This document shows, piece after piece, positions 58,849 through 64,000 of a stretch of DNA of 64,000 nucleotides (position 1 is its first letter; each line of letters opens with the position of its first letter). The translations under genes were made by a program, and so were the position numbers. A model generated the notes under the pieces. It saw nothing but the letters and a program-made list of their open reading frames with translations. It was not told where the DNA came from and did not search any database. Source of the stretch: an uncultured virus (IMG/VR IMGVR_UViG_3300036770_003021) (lineage: Duplodnaviria; Heunggongvirae; Uroviricota; Caudoviricetes); IMG/VR virus record IMGVR_UViG_3300036770_003021, positions 1 through 64,000 of that record; one strand, written 5' to 3'.

Positions 58849-60438
58849 TTACAACAACCAAGTTAAACTTTCTTTTTTGTCATTTACAGTAAATTCCATC
58901 GTCTTTTGATGATCGGGTACAGTGCTTACTTGTTTTGGTACAGTTATTTGACTTGTTACTTTTGATATTTTAGAAACCATTGCTTTATTATAAGCTATTT
59001 GTTCGTTTCTAAGTTTTAAAGCTGTTTCACGAATCCACAATCCAATGCCCAATGACATAACTAAATCGTCATTATATCCCTTCATAGCCTCAGCTTTAGC
59101 TCCATTCCATATAAACACATTCAATTCCTCATAAAGTCTTTTAGACTTGATTATAACACCTTTTTCTCTAAAAAAGTTTTCTAGTTTACTAATGATTAAT
59201 GGTCTATTTTTACTAGTGGTTGTAAATCCAGCCACTAATTTTTTGTCCGCAGAATTTAATTTATTAGTATATGTTTTTTCCACATCTATAACAGTTAAAT
59301 CAGCTGCACTATAAAATGTATTCTGATAATCTCTATCTATAATTTGTTGAAGTGTAGCCCAACCCACGTTATTGTTTTCCACGACTAATAGCGCATTATT
59401 ATATTCAGTTGCAACACTTACCAACAAGTTTCCATAATCTTTAGTAGTTAATTGTCCTTTATATTCCGCAACTTGTTCCAATGTTTCTATGTCAAAGATA
59501 TGAAATGCGCTATAATCTGCTCCATCTCCTCTCGCACAGTCAGCCGTCAATATATAATTTTTACTATAATTGGGATAATCCCATATCCAAAAATCTTGAT
59601 TGTTACCGCGTTTTTCAATTGGATCTTTAATATAAGTTTGTTTATAAAACTCTAAAATATCAACGCTCACAACTTGATTACCAGATGTACTAAAATCACA
59701 ATCACATTCTTGCGCTGCACCTTTTACACCTGACAATTCCGTTTGTTTATCTCTCCAAGCTTGATCTCTTTCTGGATGTAGATGCCATGGTAATCGTATT
59801 GTTTTAAAGTTGTTCTTACCTTCTTCAGCTTCTACCCACGTTTTATGGAAGAAATTACCAACACCATTTGGCGTACTTAATATAATAGCTCTACCACCAG
59901 TAGACAGTGTATATTGTGATGACAACCAAATTTCTTCAATACCGTCGATAAATGCAGCTTCGTCAATGATTAGTAAAGATAGTGCGGATGATCGACCAGC
60001 GGTACCAGCAGATGATACTGCTTTGATTTGCGATCCGTTTTTAAGACGCAATGAAAGACGATTGTCTTCTACACAGGGAACTTTTAACCAAGATGGCAAG
60101 TTATCATTAGCAAATCTAACTTTGGTAACGATTTCTTTTGCGGTTTCTTGAGTAATACTAATACAAAGAATATTCTTATCGTTATGGAATGTCATTAACC
60201 ACAAACTATAAGCTGCTGTAAGAGTACTAATACCCATCTGACGACTTTTTAATACAATATTAAGACTATTATCTACAAAGTCTGATAGAGTTGTCTCTTG
60301 AAAAGGAAACAATTCAAAGTTACAAGTACCACGAATAGGATGTTGGATCTTAACATACTTTTTCATAAAGTATATTGGATCCTCAATACACTTCTTATAC
60401 TCTTGCTTTATTATTTCTCTTAGATTTGGCTGACTCAT
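58849..60438 (-). CDS. gp17: Terminase large subunit (T4 gp17-like)
   Basis: DPIYF, LKSRQMGIST, LIIDEAAF, LSTPNG, QE.DC.F, AD.ARG.G.DYS, VENN, GYNDDLVM. Confidence 0.95.
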   Translation of the reverse strand: MSQPNLREIIKQEYKKCIEDPIYFMKKYVKIQHPIRGTCNFELFPFQETTLSDFVDNSLNIVLKSRQMGISTLTAAYSLWLMTFHNDKNILCISITQETAKEIVTKVRFANDNLPSWLKVPCVEDNRLSLRLKNGSQIKAVSSAGTAGRSSALSLLIIDEAAFIDGIEEIWLSSQYTLSTGGRAIILSTPNGVGNFFHKTWVEAEEGKNNFKTIRLPWHLHPERDQAWRDKQTELSGVKGAAQECDCDFSTSGNQVVSVDILEFYKQTYIKDPIEKRGNNQDFWIWDYPNYSKNYILTADCARGDGADYSAFHIFDIETLEQVAEYKGQLTTKDYGNLLVSVATEYNNALLVVENNNVGWATLQQIIDRDYQNTFYSAADLTVIDVEKTYTNKLNSADKKLVAGFTTTSKNRPLIISKLENFFREKGVIIKSKRLYEELNVFIWNGAKAEAMKGYNDDLVMSLGIGLWIRETALKLRNEQIAYNKAMVSKISKVTSQITVPKQVSTVPDHQKTMEFTVNDKKESLTWLL

Positions 60439-61042
60439 ATTTCTCTTCGTATTCTTTTATTTTGACATTGAGTTCGTCTAAACGTTTATCGATGACATCT
60501 ATATCTTTTATTAGATCTTCCAATATTTTGTTGTAATCTATGTTTCCGTCCCACTTTTCAAATGACCCGTCTTCCTCCAAGAACTCAACGGGTTTATCTT
60601 TATTTTCCTCGCAAAACTTTTTACTTTCTTCAAACTTTTTCTTATAGTCTTCCAATATACCACGTTCATTTTTAAGATCTTGTAGTTCATTGTAAACTTC
60701 AAACATCCCCATTAATTTCAACTCAGTCTGAAAATTTGTAAAACAATCATAACAATATCCAGTCTTTGGCCAAACTCTATCATCCAAATAATTACCCCAA
60801 CGAACATCCATATTACACTTTTTACAACGTTGTTCGTTGATAATGGTAGCACGTTTTGGAACTCTGCGTTTGCTTCCATTTTTCCAAACCCATTTTCTAC
60901 CTTGTCCATCCTCCCATTCTTCACCTTCTTTGCGTTTATTATTCTCCAAATTGGCATCATAACCAACTTGTACGAATGGACGATTACCTTCTAGGTAATC
61001 TTTGACAATACCCAGATTACTTTTACCTGATGCTTTTTTCAT
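60395..61042 (-). CDS. Hypothetical protein with CxxC...CxxC, upstream of terminase
   Basis: KEGEEWED..GRKW..KNG, CKKC, CYDC, coiled-coil C-terminus. Confidence 0.7.
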   Translation of the reverse strand: MKKASGKSNLGIVKDYLEGNRPFVQVGYDANLENNKRKEGEEWEDGQGRKWVWKNGSKRRVPKRATIINEQRCKKCNMDVRWGNYLDDRVWPKTGYCYDCFTNFQTELKLMGMFEVYNELQDLKNERGILEDYKKKFEESKKFCEENKDKPVEFLEEDGSFEKWDGNIDYNKILEDLIKDIDVIDKRLDELNVKIKEYEEKYESAKSKRNNKARV

Positions 61043-61060
61043 AACAAATACGTATTTAAT

Positions 61061-62095
61061 TTATTTCTTAAACTTACTGCCGAGACCTTTTATAATAAAA
61101 CTTCCTGTAATTTTAAATGGATCGACGTAAATATTTGGGTCTCTAACTACAATTCCTTCGTGTGTATCCAAATCTCCAATCTCGCTTGTAGCATTCTTTA
61201 AAACTTCGTCTCCCAATTTAATTGTAGCTAAATAAACAATTGTATCATTAACTATTTTATTTATGTCTTGATCTGGAAAATCTTGAATAATATTTTTACT
61301 ATCTACTGCTTTTAAAAATTGTTCACGGGTGATAAGTGGCGTTTTAAAAGTTAATCCTTTTAACCAATCTTTCAAGGATTTGGTTACAGCTTTACCATTT
61401 GGATACAATGTAATAGGACGAATCAAAACATTAGCTATCTTTGGTTCTGATTTGAAAGTGGTATCGACACTACCCAAAACTTTAAAACCATGCTTTACAG
61501 CGATCTTATTTAATTTATTAATATAAGACTGCATTGCAGCTTTATCATATGGAATTTCAGTAGCTACTCTTGATTTAATACTGCCATCTTTACCAAATGT
61601 TTTTGGTTTGATTTCTTTTAATCCGTGAATAGCTAGAAAGTTACCAATTTCACTATATCCCAAAACATTTGTTTGCCCTTCTACATATTCAATATTAAAC
61701 AATATGTTAGGATTATCCAACAGTCCCAATTTATTCAGTTCAGTCTTTGTAGTGGGAATAGCTTCATCAAAAATATTGATAACCTTGCTGCCAATAGTAA
61801 TGAATCCGTGACCTGGCTCAAATCTAGTAGCCAAGTCTTCTGGTCTCATTCCTTTAATATCAAGTGGCTTTGCACTACCACGATCCATTACAAATTGTCC
61901 GTTCGCAAGTCGAATACTGGCATTTACGCCGTCAATTTTAACACTACCACCACCTCGTTTGAGTGATTCAATTGACTTTACAAATACATCAACTAATTTA
62001 GCGCCTGTATTCACAAAATCAAATGGATGTGCCATATGACCTCCGGCACCACCTTCTTGTATTACTTCATTCAAAATATTATTCAGCTTTATCAT
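61061..62095 (-). CDS. Putative ATP-dependent ligase-superfamily nucleotidyltransferase
   Basis: Leader MIKLNNILNE, GGAGGHMAHPFD, motif I-like VKIDG, motif IV-like HEGIVV, PFKITG. Confidence 0.55.
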   Translation of the reverse strand: MIKLNNILNEVIQEGGAGGHMAHPFDFVNTGAKLVDVFVKSIESLKRGGGSVKIDGVNASIRLANGQFVMDRGSAKPLDIKGMRPEDLATRFEPGHGFITIGSKVINIFDEAIPTTKTELNKLGLLDNPNILFNIEYVEGQTNVLGYSEIGNFLAIHGLKEIKPKTFGKDGSIKSRVATEIPYDKAAMQSYINKLNKIAVKHGFKVLGSVDTTFKSEPKIANVLIRPITLYPNGKAVTKSLKDWLKGLTFKTPLITREQFLKAVDSKNIIQDFPDQDINKIVNDTIVYLATIKLGDEVLKNATSEIGDLDTHEGIVVRDPNIYVDPFKITGSFIIKGLGSKFKK

Positions 62096-62861
62096 ATGTT
62101 TTTAAAAATGTTTTATCAAATACAGGAATTGCTTTTTTGTAAGAACTTTTAGTTTCATCTAGACTATTATTAGTAAATTGCCAATTCCAAAATAATTGGT
62201 CTGGTGTTTTGAATCCAAAAAACTGAAGTACTTCTTTTTGTGTTTGTGTAACATCTTTACCGTGCCAGTTTTGTCCAACGGCAATAAATCCGGCTTCAAT
62301 ATCTTTTACTACATTCTTTTCTCCTAATGTAGAGTGTCTATTCTCAATCCAAGTTAGTCTTTCAATTAGTTTCTGATAATAACCATTGGCTTGACCCCAT
62401 CTAACACTTGCAAAAAATACAACACAGTCGCTTTGAAACAATTCTTTGGTAATTTTCCAAAGTTCGTCATTTTTATTATTTAAACTAGCCCAACAACGAT
62501 GATATCCACTTGGATTTTTATTATCATCTTTGAGTAAAGCTCCTTTTACACCACAATGATTGCCGTCATATTTTAGATTGCTACTTACATTGCCTTCACA
62601 AGGAGCTATATTTAAACTAGGCACTTCTATTAACGTTACTTTATCTTTACCAAGTAATTCTTGTATCTTAATTGCTAATTGAGTGCTTTTTGGAACATCG
62701 TCTTTATGACCACTCCATCTATTACTAGTAGTTAGTAATAGTACTTTGTTTTTGGCGCGTAAATAGTCTATTGTCTTTTTGTATTTACGAGCATAAAGAT
62801 CCATATCTTGCTCGCTTTGAGGAAGTTTGGCTTCTAATAATAAATCGTTTAAACTGATCAT
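62079..62861 (-). CDS. Flavodoxin-like / NAD(P)H-dependent FMN reductase family protein
   Basis: VLLLTTSNR...KS, PCEG...HC...RCW, SDCVVFFASVRWG, KLIERL, AGFIAVG; likely start MISLNDLLLE. Confidence 0.7.
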   Translation of the reverse strand: MISLNDLLLEAKLPQSEQDMDLYARKYKKTIDYLRAKNKVLLLTTSNRWSGHKDDVPKSTQLAIKIQELLGKDKVTLIEVPSLNIAPCEGNVSSNLKYDGNHCGVKGALLKDDNKNPSGYHRCWASLNNKNDELWKITKELFQSDCVVFFASVRWGQANGYYQKLIERLTWIENRHSTLGEKNVVKDIEAGFIAVGQNWHGKDVTQTQKEVLQFFGFKTPDQLFWNWQFTNNSLDETKSSYKKAIPVFDKTFLKTYDKAE

Positions 62862-62880
62862 TTTGATAATTGGTATAAAA

Positions 62881-63480
62881 TTATTTGTTTGTTTTTTTAA
62901 CGCAGTTGGGATATTTTTTACCAAACAATGTTTTCATACCTTTTTGCGTATATCCCTTCCAACATTTCTCTTCTATATTATTTTCAACCACCCCATATCC
63001 AGAACCATATGGAGATGATTTACCAGATTCTGGATTGGACGTTTCTTTATTTAATTTTATTGTTTTTGCTTTTGAAGCCTCTTTACGTTGTATAGCATAG
63101 TCTAAAGCACTTTTTAATCTGCTTTTAACATCTGGATCTTTAGCATTTTGATAAGCTGCTCTAACTCTCTGATGTATAAGATTTATAATTTGAGATTGTC
63201 TTTTGTGACTTTTTGATTTAAAACCACTACTAGCTAGTGTATCTTTAATGTCTTGTGATGTTCTAAATTTTACCCGAACAGTATCCTTCGGATTTTCATC
63301 AGTATACAATCTTCTATCAGATCCTTTTGGCTTTTTACCAGTTCCAACTTTTGGATCAGACTCAGATAAAACATTTGTATCATTAATCACAGTATCGATT
63401 AATTTTAAAAGAGATGGATCTACGGCTTCTTTAATTTGTGGCTTGGCTAAATCTTCAACAATTTGCGTTAATCGTATCAT
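62881..63480 (-). CDS. Hypothetical modular protein
   Basis: Leader MIRLTQIVE; modules DPKVGTGKKPKGSDRRLYTDENP, SGKSSPYGSGY, KCWKGY...GMK...PNCVK. Confidence 0.7.
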   Translation of the reverse strand: MIRLTQIVEDLAKPQIKEAVDPSLLKLIDTVINDTNVLSESDPKVGTGKKPKGSDRRLYTDENPKDTVRVKFRTSQDIKDTLASSGFKSKSHKRQSQIINLIHQRVRAAYQNAKDPDVKSRLKSALDYAIQRKEASKAKTIKLNKETSNPESGKSSPYGSGYGVVENNIEEKCWKGYTQKGMKTLFGKKYPNCVKKTNK

Positions 63481-63496
63481 AATATATAAATAGTAA

Positions 63497-64000
63497 TTAT
63501 TTTCGATTCCAGATAAATTTCATATGTCCACAATCCCAAATTCTATCATATCCATTAATCTGCATATTTTGCCACTCACTCAAATTAATATCAAATTTTT
63601 CAAGTTTTTCTTTTAATTTATGTTTTTGAAAATGATTTCTTTCAATTGGTACACCTTTGTTTTTGTAAAAATAATGATAACCAGGTAGAGTGTCATCTAC
63701 AAATGACATACCAATTTGTTTATATAAATTACCTGTAAATAATCTTTTATCACTATATGTTACAATAGAATTTACATCATAATTTTTTATAAAATGATTG
63801 AATAATTTAGAAGCACCTCCTATTACATTTGTATTTAATATATTACAATACCTAGATAACTCATATTGATATTTTTTGTCATATCTAGATTTAACAAAAG
63901 TCATTAGTGACACCAAAATATTATTATAATATAATCCTAATCTTATAGATGATGTATCATTTCCCTGTATATGATTATCAGTCAAAAATGCAGATTTTTC
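63497..64000 (-). CDS. C-terminal part of a Hef-like homing endonuclease-associated protein (5' end outside the window)
   Basis: F...NHIQG, LGLYY...LVSLMTF, YELSRYC, VIGGASKLF, IVTYSD.R, G..Y...G, RIWDCG. Confidence 0.65.
   Translation of the reverse strand, partial: EKSAFLTDNHIQGNDTSSIRLGLYYNNILVSLMTFVKSRYDKKYQYELSRYCNILNTNVIGGASKLFNHFIKNYDVNSIVTYSDKRLFTGNLYKQIGMSFVDDTLPGYHYFYKNKGVPIERNHFQKHKLKEKLEKFDINLSEWQNMQINGYDRIWDCGHMKFIWNRK

Noticed and set aside
1..64000. tRNA/rRNA genes and the remaining short antisense ORFs in the track
   Set aside because: Intergenic gaps are short with no cloverleaf seen by eye; the short ORFs overlap well-supported genes on the opposite strand.

Overview
A 64-kb, AT-rich segment of a large T4-like (myovirus-type) bacteriophage genome, mostly encoded on the minus strand. 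Read in transcription order (right to left) it holds a head module (gp17 terminase, gp20 portal, gp21 protease, gp22 scaffold, gp23 major capsid), a plus-strand accessory island (lipoprotein/TM protein, MscS-like protein, ankyrin-class III nucleotide cyclase, Mom-like enzyme), neck/tail genes (gp13, gp14, gp15, a ~1,900-aa Gly-X-Ser repeat fibre, a GNVGIG-repeat fibre, gp19 tube, gp26-like chaperone, tape measure, baseplate genes) and a replication module (divergent PolA, gp32, UvsX, 5'-3' exonuclease, gp41 helicase, nrdAB), plus three homing-endonuclease-like genes. Main observations: (1) the 5'-3' exonuclease gene is interrupted inside its DGxN active-site motif by a 5-nt stop-containing gap (TTG-TAGTG-AAT), preceded by a long stem-loop and next to a free-standing homing endonuclease, a candidate miniature analogue of the T4 mobA/gene 60 bypass cassette; (2) an ATG-less ORF that appears to need a +1/-2 frameshift at a T7 run just upstream of the tape measure gene; (3) a conserved TATTTAT(A/T) motif 3-6 nt before many late start codons, suggesting leaderless late mRNAs; (4) a shared N-terminal M-(I)-K-L-x-x-L-L-x-E leader on many accessory proteins, suggesting capsid-targeted cargo; (5) signalling-like modules (TM-PAS, ankyrin-cyclase, MscS-like, u-spanin-like). 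All family calls come from motifs recognised by eye; no database search was run.
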